Shown piece by piece: positions 10,912 to 21,176 of a stretch of 64,000 nucleotides of DNA. The stretch is from an uncultured Acidobacteriota bacterium (lineage in GTDB: Bacteria; Acidobacteriota; Vicinamibacteria; Fen-336), in assembly GCA_963720545.1 (NCBI GenBank), contig OY970399.1, positions 2,656,001-2,720,000 of the forward strand, in the 5' to 3' direction. The notes below the pieces were generated by a model. The model made no database searches. It was given only the letters and a program-made list of their open reading frames with translations, and was not told the DNA's origin. Within the stretch, counting starts at the first letter, position 1. Every line of letters starts with the position of its first letter. A program made the position numbers and the translations under genes.

Positions 10912-13832
10912 ATGTCCTATTTCGGCGACCACTACGACTGTGTGCGCCTGCCAATCGGCGGCGCAGGGAAGCCTGGCCTACGACGTGGACAGCTCGGAGC
11001 GCTCCACGCGATCGCATCGCATTTTGTACTGAAGCGAGACGCGGCCCTCGTAACAATGCCCACAGGGTCGGGGAAGACTGCCGTCCTAGTCCTTCTGCGC
11101 CTCGCTCGAGGGCAAGGCGAGTCCTGGTTGTAACCCCTAGCCGCCTCGTGCGGGGCCAGATTGCTGAGGAGTTCGCCACGCTCTCAAGCCTCAAAGCAGC
11201 GGGAGCTCTTGCGGGAGTAGAGGACCTGCCGGCGGTTGTGGAGGTCGCAAAAAAGGATCACGTCACCGGAGGCTTGGAACAGTCTCTCTTCTGAAGGATG
11301 TCGTTGTGAGCACGCCGAACTGCGTTAGTCCAGCCCTTCGCGACGTACCGGAACCTCCCCCTGACCTTGTTCGACCTTGTGCTCGTGGACGAGGCACATC
11401 ACAGTGGGGCGCACACGTGGAACGAGTTGGTCGCCGCCTTTCCGATGGCGCAGAAGCTGCTTGTCACGGCAACACCGTTTCGTGCGGATCGCCGTGAGAT
11501 TAAGGCCACGTTGATCTACGTCTATCCGACGCGCGAGGCCTTCAACGATAAGGTGTTCGGACCCATTCGATACGAGGCGATCAAAGCCGATGCCTCCGAG
11601 GATCCCGACTCAGCCGTAGCGAAACGAGCCACAGAAGTACTTGCGGCCGACCGTAGCGCTGGCCTGTCGCACTTCCTCATGGTACGAACCGATGGTCGGG
11701 CGAGGGCAGACCACCTCGCAAAGATCTATGAGCCCACTGGACTCAAATTGCGTCTCGTTCACAGCCGTCACTCCCCGAAGGTCATCACCAAGACGATCGC
11801 GGCCCTTCGTAGGAAAGAGCTGGACGGCATCATCTGCGTGGACATGCTGGGCGAAGGCTTCGATTTCGCGAACCTCAAGATCGCCGCGATTCACAGCCCG
11901 CACAAGTCCCTTGCGATCACGCTGCAATTCATTGGCCGTTTCGCTAGGACGAATGCTCCGGACATCGGCCCTGCGACGTTCCTCGCGATTCCTTCTGACA
12001 TCGAAATCGAAGCGCAACGCATATACCGGGAGGGCTCCGAGTGGCAGGAGATCATTCCAAAACTCCTTGAGGTCCGGATTACCAGGGAGGAAAAAACGCG
12101 CGAGACACTCAGGAAATTCCACGTTGAGACGAGCGAGTCCGGTGACGTGGAAGACCTTTCACTCTACGCGTTGAGGCCGTTTTGGCACGTCCGTATCTAC
12201 AAGGTAGAGGATGGCGTCGATTTCGAAGGCGACCTTAACCTGCCTCATGGCATGAATGTCATTCATCGTGCCGAGGCTGAAGATCCTGATGCACTTATCG
12301 TCGTCACGCGGCAAGAAAGTCAGCCCGATTGGATCGACATCCCGATGTTCGAGCAGGTCGAGCACCACGTGTTCATGCTCTACTATCACGAGGCGTCCCG
12401 CCTCCTCTTCATCACGGCGTCGAAACGGACCCCGAGCCTCTACGATCGGATCGCCGCCGGTGTTGCCTCGAGTGACCCGGCTCTACTCGATCTCGACACG
12501 GTCAACAGGGCCCTCCGGGACCTTAAGGACACCGTGATGTATCAAGTGGGAATGCGGGTCCTTGGGCTCTCCAGGAGTTCCTCCTATGTCACGAAGACCG
12601 GTCCAAGACCGGCTGACGAGATTGCGCAAGGGGATGGCCGTCGCTTCGGCCAAGGGCACTGCATGGCCACCGCGGTCGACGAGGGCCAGAAGGTCACAAT
12701 CGGGCTAAGCAGCGGGTCCAAGGTGTGGGCCACCGACATACCCAGATACCCGAGCTCCTCGACTGGCTGGACGGCCTGGCCCAGAAGCTTGCTTCCGACG
12801 CGAAGGTCGATACGGGATCCGGATGGGACCGCCTGCCGAGTACACGGATTGTCTCAACTCTTCCAGACGGCCCTTTCGCCGCTGCCTGGAAGGACGTCGT
12901 CTATCGAAGCAATGTGATCATCCGTGGCCATGACGATCGCAACCAGCCCTTCGAGATACCGATCTTGGATCTCTCAATGGATATCGATCGAGCGGCCTCG
13001 TCTGCCGATGCCGTGATACTCGTGATTAGGCACGAGACGCTCTATTGGAGACTTCGTTTTTCGCTGACGGCGGCGACCCTGTTCTCGTTGGCCGAGAGCA
13101 ATTCACCAGGGCCGGTCGTTTATCACGACGGGCTTGAAGTGAGTCTCACACAGTACCTAGCCAGCGAACCCCCGTGCATATACTTCGCCGATCTCTCGGT
13201 GCTTGAAGGGCGCCAGCTCACGCGGCCCCGCTCTGACAGCCCGTTTGACGACGGTCAAGTGCGCGTGATCGACTGGGACACTGAGCAAGTCGACATCGAA
13301 GTCGAACGCGGTGCCAGCGCAAAAGGCTTGGCTTCAATTCACGACTACCTTGGCGTTCAACTTCGGCAAAAAATCTGACTCCGTAGTTGTCTACGACGAC
13401 GGTTCCTATGAGGTTGCTGACTTCATCGAAGTTGTCGGGCGTGGCGGGGACGTGTTTGTGACGTTCTACCACTGCAAGAAGTCCGCCGAATCCAAGGCCG
13501 GGGCTCGGGTTGAGGACCTCTACGAGGTCCTTGGCCAGGCCGTGAAGTCGACCGCATGGGCCTACGCCCGCGAGCGGCTATTTCGCCGCCTCCAGGAACG
13601 TGCCCATCGATCGCCCTGCCTCAACGGCGACATGAAGAAGCTCGAAACACTGTTGATGTCGAAGTTTGCACCCGATTACTACGACGTAGTAGTTGTGCAG
13701 CCCGGCCTCTCCAAGGCCAAGCTCAGCGACGAGAAGCTTGATCCGCGAGTCCGAACGCTTCTTGCTGCGACAGCTGACTACGTCACGGGGTCGGGACGCT
13801 GTCGCAGTTTCTTGATCATGTCTTCAGACTAG
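10912..13832 (+). CDS. DEAD/DEAH-type SF2 helicase with long C-terminal region ending in a putative PD-(D/E)XK-like nuclease; frameshifted
   Basis: GLRRGQ (Q motif), MPTGSGKT, DEAHH, TATPFR, DMLGEGFD, QFIGRFAR. C-terminal DDGSYEVADF...YHCKKS...LYEVLGQAVKS. Joined across ORFs 10912, 11367, 12725 and 13311. Confidence 0.8.
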
Positions 13833-14232
13833 CCCTTCCGGGTGGAAGAATTGGCGGAAGTCGCTTCATCTTGGCGAACGTCCGTTGGACGTTTAACTTC
13901 GCGGCGCGTGAATCTCTTCTATAGATGTGGCGGAAGATCCCTTCCAATTCCTTCACTTCGGCGTGGGTGATGTTGTCCCAAACCTCGAAGACGGAGCAGT
14001 GGGTCCAGAGGTCCTTCTTCCTCTTGCGGTGGGACCGAAGTCGGGGCCCAATCCCTCCTTCCGCTGCCATCCCGACATAGACGACGTCGTATCGCCGAAT
14101 CCTGGGACGATATTTGTAAAGAACGTAGATGCCGCGCATTCCGCGCGGCAGATCGTCAATGTACTGCACCGAAACGAACTCTTCTTGCCGCTTGAAGAGC
14201 CTGAGTTCGCTGACCTTTGACTTGACGTTCAC
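13816..14232 (-). CDS. Small GIY-YIG nuclease-superfamily protein
   Basis: RGIYVLY...VVYVGMA...RLRSH...ELE...LN motif series. GTG start inferred. Confidence 0.7.
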   Translation of the reverse strand: MNVKSKVSELRLFKRQEEFVSVQYIDDLPRGMRGIYVLYKYRPRIRRYDVVYVGMAAEGGIGPRLRSHRKRKKDLWTHCSVFEVWDNITHAEVKELEGIFRHIYRRDSRAAKLNVQRTFAKMKRLPPILPPGRASLKT

Positions 14233-14252
14233 GGCACGCTCCGCACGGGACC

Positions 14253-14846
14253 CTAGTGCGCGGATTGACCGCGCGGCTTGATGCTGCCTCGACGTGCCAG
14301 TGCAGCCCACGCTGCAACCGCCTTGTGTCCACGCAAGTCTGCGTACGTGTCCGTGTACGCCACGAACCAGGACAAGAGTCCATCCCATTCGGCGAGCTGA
14401 CCGGGCGGATGAAGTTGCCACCCGAGCTCCTCTAGCGTCCAGTTCGCTTTTGCGCTGTTTCGCAGCATTGATGTTGTTACTGAATTGTCGACCGTGTCGT
14501 TACCGCCGCGAGCAACAGGGTCAACATGGTCAATCGTCGGATACAGCTGCCAGTAAGCAATGTGCGTGTCGGACATCCTCCAGTTTGGGTGATAAGGAAA
14601 CGCGTCGCCGAGGCGGAGGGACAGCACGCGAAGAACGCCGGGAAACACGAGGCGGTGCCCGGAATAGCGATCGACGAAGCCGTCTCGCTTGAACAGCTCA
14701 AACGCTTCCGATGGGCGAAAAGTACGCGCTACCGGCGGCATTCGGCGGAATGGGTAGTCTTTTTGGAGGAGAGCAGTGGCCTGTCCGACGCGGGCGTGCG
14801 TCAACAGGTTGCAGACTTCCGACAAAACATCTGTTTCGGTGCCCAC
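14253..14846 (-). CDS. HNH endonuclease domain protein
   Basis: FKRDGFVDRYSG...TIDHVDPVARGGNDTVDNSVTTSMLRNSAK. GTG start inferred. Confidence 0.8.
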   Translation of the reverse strand: MGTETDVLSEVCNLLTHARVGQATALLQKDYPFRRMPPVARTFRPSEAFELFKRDGFVDRYSGHRLVFPGVLRVLSLRLGDAFPYHPNWRMSDTHIAYWQLYPTIDHVDPVARGGNDTVDNSVTTSMLRNSAKANWTLEELGWQLHPPGQLAEWDGLLSWFVAYTDTYADLRGHKAVAAWAALARRGSIKPRGQSAH

Positions 14847-14884
14847 GTGGGGGCGAGAGTATCGCAAGCAGCGGTCGACGGGGA

Positions 14885-15711
14885 CTACTTCCGGGCGGTG
14901 ACGGGAGCGCCGACGCGCAGGGGGCCCTTGCCGCGGTGCAGGGCGTTCTGGCCGAAGTAGACCTCGCCGCCTTCGCGGCGGCGGTAGGTGGCGAGGGTTG
15001 CGAGGGGTTCCTTGCCGCGGATGCCGGTGGCCTGGTCCACGGGGACGATCGAGCACCGGGCGCACGGCTTGACGATGTCGAGGGTCACCGCTTCCGACGT
15101 GCCGGGTTCGCCGATCATGAGCTGGTGCCAGTCATCCTCTTCGAATGGCGCGCTGCCGGCGATCACGAGGTTTGGGCGGAACCGGTTCATTGGCACGGCG
15201 GCTTCGCCCTTTTGCGTTGAGGCGCGCGTTCAGGTCGTCGAGCGAGGCCTGGCCGATGACGAGAAGAGGGAAGCCGTCGGCGAAACCGACGCGGCTGTCG
15301 GGTGGGGCGCGCGTTGGGTCTACGGGGCGCTCGAAGCTGTTCGGCGCGTAGACGAGGCGGCAGTCGGCGCCGAGGAACTCGCTCAGGCGCGCGGAGGCCT
15401 TGTTGTCGGCGAGCACCGCTTCGCACTCGTCGTCCCACACGACCACGGGCACGCGTGCGCGCTGCGTCATCCGGGACCGGCACCGCGATCGCCTGCATCC
15501 CCGGGGCTTCGACTACCAGACGCTGTTCGTACTCCAGCACTCTCAGCAGGGCCATCCGCGGCAGGACGCGCTGCGAGAGGAACTGTCCCTCGCCGTCCAC
15601 GAGCATCCATCGCCGGTCGAAGGCGAGGCCGAACTTGTCGAGGTTCGTTTTCTCGAGGCGGATGCCGGCGGCGGACTTCAGCGGGTAGACGTAGATGTCC
15701 TGAAGAAACAT
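14885..15711 (-). CDS. MOSC domain protein (YcbX/mARC-like); frameshifted
   Basis: IYVYPLKSAAG, DRRWML, GFADGFPLL, RFRPNLVI, KPCARC, YFGQN, spread over three frames. Confidence 0.88.
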
Positions 15712-15898
15712 GGCTGGGGTTGAGTGGACCCTAGCACCGCCCAGTCCCTGGTGCTGCCGGCGGATCAGCCAGGATCGCCGTCACGGGCGGTGAGCACCAG
15801 GTAGGTGCAGGCGTCGCGGCTGACGAAGACGGTCAGGCCACCCCAACCCATATCTCATGCATACGACCCGGCTGCAGAAGTAGGCTTGCTTCGAAAAA

Positions 15899-18313
15899 AT
15901 GGCACTGACTGATCTTCGTCACGCGCTGCGCGGATTCCGGAAGACGCCAGCGTTCACACTCGTGGCCGTGGTCTCGCTCGCACTGGCGATCGGCGCCAAC
16001 GCCTTCGTGCTGGCCGTGCTCAACACGGTGGTGCTGCGCCCGTTCGAGGTCAGCGACCCACATAGCCTCTATCAGATTCGATACGGCGCGGCGATGAGTG
16101 GCAGCAACGTGACCACCTCTTATCCCGCATTCCAGGATTTAAGGCGGCGCAACACCAGCTTCAGCGACCTGATCGGGGTCTGGGCGTACTCGGAGGCGAC
16201 CCTCGGCGAGCGTGAGTCAGGGCCCAACGTGCACGGCGTCGCGGTGTCGGCCAACTACTTCGACATGCTCGGAGTACGGCCTCAGGTGGGGAGGCTCCTC
16301 CGCGCCGACGACGAGCAGGGCGTGAACTCGGCGCCGTACGTCGTCTTGGGTGACACACTGTGGCGCGGCACGTTTCATGGCGACCCCGATGTCATCGGCA
16401 CGACGGTGAGGCTGAACGAGCAGCCCTTCACCGTGATCGGCGTTGCCGAGCCGTCGTTTCACGGGACGGAGCGTTTCTCGTGGCCGGACTACTGGATACC
16501 CATCGTCAACAACCTCGGCGGCGCGGAATACCTTCAGAACCGGGAGCGGCGTGCGGTCCTGCTGATCGGTCGGCTCAAGACGGGAGTCACGGCGCAGCGG
16601 GCAACGGCCGATCTGAACGCCATAAGCAGCCAGTTGGCGCGGGAGTATCCGAAAACGGACAAGGCCGTCTCGATACGGCTGATCCGCCCGGGGCTGATGG
16701 GCGATGACGGTGAGGGCATTCGCCGCTTCCTCTACGGAGTGAACGTACTGACGCTCCTGCTGCTGGCGGGGGTCTGCGTCAACCTCGCCAGCGCCTTTGC
16801 CGCGCGGGCGGCTGATCGCAGCCGGGAGCTGGCGGTGCGCGTCGCATTGGGATCGAGCCAGCTGCGACTGGTCCGGCAACTGCTCACCGAGGCGCTGGTG
16901 ATCACGCTCATCGGCGGTGTTGCGGGGTTGGCGAGCGCGCGCCTGTTGGTGGCAGTGCTGAACCGGTGGCCGACAGCCTTGGGCTACGGCCACCAGCGCC
17001 TGGACCTCGACCTCGATCCGCTCGTGTACCTTGCGGGGTTGCTGCTGATCGTGGGCAGCGCGCTGCTGATCGGGGTGGTGCCAGCGCGGCAGGCGTGGGC
17101 GGGCAATTCGCAGCAGATGATCAAGAACGGTGTGGCCGACTCGTCGCGCCGGCGGTTGTCCGTCCGCGACTTGCTGCTCGTCACCCAGATCGCCATCTGC
17201 ACGCTCCTGGTGACGGCTTCGTTCGTGGCCGTGCGCGGAATGCAGCGGGCCCTCGATGGCTCCTCGGCCGGTATCAAACCACAAGGGGTGATGCTGGCCA
17301 CCATCGACCTCGGCCAGCTCAAGGGGCAGCTGGCGCTCGAGAAGCAGAAGGAGATGATCGAAGCCGTCCGCGGCGTCCCCGGTGCAACGGCAGTGGGAGC
17401 GGCGAGCGAGACGCCGATGAGCGGCGCGCGGCGTTTGTACCCGGTCTACCGGCCCGAAACGACGGAGTTCACCCCGGAGAACGGCGCGCTGAGCACCCAT
17501 GTGTTTCCGATGTCGCCGGAATACCTGAAGGCCGCAGGTACACGCCTTCTCGAGGGGCGGGACGTTTCCTGGCTAGATACGACGAATACTCCGCCGGTAG
17601 CGGTGGTGAACGAAACGTTCGCGCGCACCCTGTGGGGCGGTCGTCCGGCGATCGGTCAGCACTTCGTCCTTCAGGAACGCCTCACAGAAGTCGTCGGCGT
17701 GGTCGAGGATGGCAAGTACCACAACCTGGTCGAGTCGCCGGCGGCCGCGGCCTTCGTGCCCCTTGCGCAGAACATGGGCGCTGCCGTCCTGGTCGTGAGG
17801 GCGTCGCTGCCGCCGTCGCAGATCGGCGCGTCACTGCTCCACGCGCTCCGCAGCGTTCAGCCGAACGCGCCGATCAAGCTGCAGACGTGGCCCGAGGCGC
17901 TAGCACGCGTTCTGTACCCGGCCCGGGCCGCTGCGTTCGCACTCGGCGTCATGGGTCTCTTCGCCGTGATGCTCGCGCTGACCGGGATCTTCGGCACGGC
18001 AGCGCACAACGTGAGCCGCCGCATCAAGGACCTCGGCATCCGCATGGCGCTGGGCGCGCGCGGCGCGCAAGTGGTGTCCGCCGCGGTGGGGCGGCCTACG
18101 GCTCTGCTTGCGGTGGGATCGGCCTTCGGCCTTCTGGCAGCACTAGCCGCGGGCCGGCTACTGGGCCGCATCGTCTACCAGGCGCAGCCGGGCGATCCAA
18201 CGGTGTTGGCAGGCGCGGTGCTGGCGATGGCATTGATCGGAGTCGCCGGCTCTGCCATTCCGGCCCTGCGAGCACTCGCCTTCGATCCCTCGCGACTCAT
18301 GCGGGACGAGTGA
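15899..18313 (+). CDS. ADOP-family duplicated ABC permease (MacB/FtsX-like)
   Basis: 804 aa. DLRHALRGFRKTPAFT...LALAIGAN, two periplasmic plus FtsX repeats, RELAVRVALG and GIRMALGA. Confidence 0.9.
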   Translation: MALTDLRHALRGFRKTPAFTLVAVVSLALAIGANAFVLAVLNTVVLRPFEVSDPHSLYQIRYGAAMSGSNVTTSYPAFQDLRRRNTSFSDLIGVWAYSEATLGERESGPNVHGVAVSANYFDMLGVRPQVGRLLRADDEQGVNSAPYVVLGDTLWRGTFHGDPDVIGTTVRLNEQPFTVIGVAEPSFHGTERFSWPDYWIPIVNNLGGAEYLQNRERRAVLLIGRLKTGVTAQRATADLNAISSQLAREYPKTDKAVSIRLIRPGLMGDDGEGIRRFLYGVNVLTLLLLAGVCVNLASAFAARAADRSRELAVRVALGSSQLRLVRQLLTEALVITLIGGVAGLASARLLVAVLNRWPTALGYGHQRLDLDLDPLVYLAGLLLIVGSALLIGVVPARQAWAGNSQQMIKNGVADSSRRRLSVRDLLLVTQIAICTLLVTASFVAVRGMQRALDGSSAGIKPQGVMLATIDLGQLKGQLALEKQKEMIEAVRGVPGATAVGAASETPMSGARRLYPVYRPETTEFTPENGALSTHVFPMSPEYLKAAGTRLLEGRDVSWLDTTNTPPVAVVNETFARTLWGGRPAIGQHFVLQERLTEVVGVVEDGKYHNLVESPAAAAFVPLAQNMGAAVLVVRASLPPSQIGASLLHALRSVQPNAPIKLQTWPEALARVLYPARAAAFALGVMGLFAVMLALTGIFGTAAHNVSRRIKDLGIRMALGARGAQVVSAAVGRPTALLAVGSAFGLLAALAAGRLLGRIVYQAQPGDPTVLAGAVLAMALIGVAGSAIPALRALAFDPSRLMRDE

Positions 18314-18415
18314 GGCACGCCGCCGCGCCGCCTGGTCGAGGACGATTGGACAGGGGATAGTCACCCACGTACGATCCCGCCGCAAGGCGCATTTCGATCG
18401 GGAGGGGCGACATCG

Positions 18416-19132
18416 ATGAAGATCCTATGGCCGCGCGAAACTGCCGGAGCGCTTGGTCTCGCACTGGTGCTCGTTGGCTGTTCTCCCGCCTCCGCTCCTC
18501 GTCCAGCCGAAGTGGAGGCGACTTCCAAACTCCTCCCGGAACCTGTGGTGAATCACACGGCCGCGGACGCACAACAGGGGCAGAGGATCGAGCATGGCGA
18601 GCTGATCGTTGACGTGGGCGAAGCGACGCGACAGCTGAATGCGCAGCATCATCCGCACAAGGTTCTCGAGACTCGAAGAGTGCCCGGGCCGTTCCAACCG
18701 CCGGCCATGAAAGAGGTGAAGGATTTCGCCCTGCCGAAGAGCGCTCTGGACGTGATCAACCCCGGCCCTGGCGAATACGTACACGTCATGGAGGGTCAGC
18801 GGCACGGCTACCAGAATCTGACCATCGGTATCACCTACACCGCACCGGGCGGCGCGCCGCCGATGCACACCCACAAGGGCGAGGAAGCCCACGTGCTCCT
18901 AAAGGACCAGAAGGTTCTCTACGCACTCGGCGACAAGCTGTTCGTGCAGGAGGGCCCCTACATAGTCAACATTCCCGCCGGAGTGCCGCACTCCTTCCAG
19001 AACCTGGATGACCAGGTTGCGGAACTCGTCGTCATATTTCCGAGCAACGTCTGGGAGTACGACGTTCTCGACTACTTCCCGTTCTCCACGCCTGCAGCCA
19101 AGGCGATGGCGGCAGAAGCGAGACGGCGGTAG
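18416..19132 (+). CDS. Cupin-domain lipoprotein
   Basis: Lipobox LVGC. Cupin motifs PPMHTHKGEEAH and IPAGVPHSFQN. GGAGG RBS. Confidence 0.8.
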   Translation: MKILWPRETAGALGLALVLVGCSPASAPRPAEVEATSKLLPEPVVNHTAADAQQGQRIEHGELIVDVGEATRQLNAQHHPHKVLETRRVPGPFQPPAMKEVKDFALPKSALDVINPGPGEYVHVMEGQRHGYQNLTIGITYTAPGGAPPMHTHKGEEAHVLLKDQKVLYALGDKLFVQEGPYIVNIPAGVPHSFQNLDDQVAELVVIFPSNVWEYDVLDYFPFSTPAAKAMAAEARRR

Positions 19133-19135
19133 CGG

Positions 19136-21065
19136 TCAGTCCCGCGTGCTGCCGGCCGCGGCCGCGTGGCAGCCGGAGTCGGGGCCGACCACCGGCAGCA
19201 TCAGGCGCGAGGCGCGCGTGCTGGTGCGGTAGATGCGCTGGGTGGCGGGCTGATAGTCGGACGGCTTCGCGTGGTAGATGTCGACGAATTTCTGGGGGTT
19301 GCGGTCGAACATGGGGAACCAGGTGCTTTGCACCTGGACCATCAGGCGGTGGCCCTTCTTGAAGGTGTGGAAGCGGTCGGGCAGGGAGAAGTTGAACTGC
19401 GTCGCCTTGTCGGGGACGAGGGGGACCGGTTTCTCGAAGCTCTGGTGGAAGCGGCCGCGCATGATGTCGCCGGTCAGGAGCATCTGGTAGCCGCCCATGC
19501 GGACGCGGAGCGGGTTGTCCGGGTCGGCGTCCTTCGTGTCCTCTGGCAACACGTCGATGAGCTTCACCACCCAGTCGGAGTCGGTGCCGGTCGTGGACGC
19601 GAACAATTCCACTGGTACCGGGCCGGCGATTGTCAGGTCTCTGTTAGCGGTGCTGATTCGTAGACGAGGACGTCCGGGCGGGTGGCGGCGAAGCGTTGGT
19701 CCTCGACGATGAAGCGTCTTGTTTCGCCGGTGGCGATTTCCTGGGTGTAGGGCACTGGCTTTGATGGGTCGCTGCGGTACTCGTCGAAGCTGGTCGCTTT
19801 GACTGAGGCTGGTGTTTTGTCCCACTCCAGCTTGCCGTCGCCGCTGAGGTAGAGCGCTCGCGCGCTGGCTTTAGGTGGCCACTGGGTGCAGCGCTGCCAG
19901 TTGTTGGCGCCGGTTTCGAAGGCGAGCACCTTGGGGAGGTTTGCCGGCGGGCCGTCGCGCATCAGCTCCTCGAAGAACGGCACCTCCACCTCGTTGCGGA
20001 AGGTTTCGCCGGTCTTCGCGCCGAAGTTGATGGCGCCCAGGCTGTCGCCGGGTTGCGATGCCCAGCCGCCGTGGACCCATGGGCCGAGCACCAGGTAGTT
20101 GCGGTTGCCGGGGCTGTTCTTCTCTAATCCGGCGAAGGCGAGGAGGGCGCCGTTGAAGTCTTCGGCGTCGAACCAGCCGCCGACCACCAGCATCGGGTGC
20201 TTGATGTCCTTGAGGTGCGGCGAGACGTAGCGCGACTTCCAGTACTCGTCATACGTCCCATGGCGCATCAGGTCGTCCCAGGTCGGGGAGGTGTCGCCGA
20301 AATACTTGCGGGCGTTGGCGGCGGCGCCCATCTCCATGAAGAAGCGGAAGCTGTCGGGCGTCTTGTAGTCGAACTCCGGGTCGGGCTCGGCGGTCGGCTT
20401 GGGGCGGACGCGGCCGCTCTGCGACATCCAGTCGAAGGCGTAAGCGAGCTGGAAGGCGCCGTTCGAGTGCAGGTCGTCGCCGAAGAACTGGTCTTGCGGC
20501 GGCGCTTGCGGCGACGACAGGCGAATGGCGGGGTGCGCGTTTATGGCGCCCATCGATGCTTCCCATCCCGTCCACGAGACGCCGCGTTCGGCTACTTTGC
20601 CGTTGTGGTTTGGTACGTTCTTGAGCAGCCAGGTCACGGTGTCGTACATGTCGGTGCTGGAGTTCGGGGTCTTGTCGCCTGGCATGAACGGCACCTGGTA
20701 GATGAACTCGCCTTCCGACATGCCGCGGCCGCGCACGTCCTGGTACACGAAGATGTAGCCGCGCTTGCTGAACTCGACGTAGGGGCCGCCCCAGCGGCGG
20801 AACTTGCCGGGGCCGTAGGGCGGCTGGCCGTACGCGGTGCGGTTGACGAGGAATGGGGTAGGTCTTGCCGGGCGCCGCATCCTTCGGCGTATAGATGATG
20901 GTGAAGAGCTTGACGCCGTCGCGCATCGGCACCAGCTCTTCGCGCTTGTCGTAGTGGTCGGCAAACACGTAGTTGTCGGGCTGCTGGGCGGCGGCTTGCC
21001 GCGGACTCTGCCCACGGCAGGAGGCACAGCAGGGCGGCGAGGCACAGGGGTCGGTCGAGGCGCAT
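19136..21065 (-). CDS. CocE/NonD-family serine hydrolase (alpha-amino acid ester hydrolase-like); frameshifted
   Basis: Signal peptide, VPMRDGVKLFT, YQDVRGRGMSEG, GVSWTG nucleophile elbow, VGGWFDAED, GPWVHG, PepX-like C-terminus. Confidence 0.9.
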
Positions 21066-21097
21066 CTGAAGCTCCCTCCGCAGGGCGCCATTTTGCC

Positions 21098-21158
21098 TTG
21101 ACAGAGCGCGCGGCGCGGCTCATCATAACGCAAGACTACGTCTCATAATCGTGAGACG
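21098..21158 (+). promoter_or_regulatory. Putative sigma70 promoter and palindromic operator in the divergent hydrolase/receptor intergenic region
   Basis: TTGACA at 21098-21103, a 17-bp spacer, then CATCAT. Perfect IR CGTCTCA-N6-TGAGACG at 21139-21158. GGAGG RBS before ATG 21177. Confidence 0.55.
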
Positions 21159-21176
21159 AATTCACGGAGGCTCCTG

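Noticed and set aside
15767..15835. Possible 3' gene remnant on the minus strand (TVFVSRDACTYLVLTARDGDPG*)
   Set aside because: Too short to assign a family with confidence.
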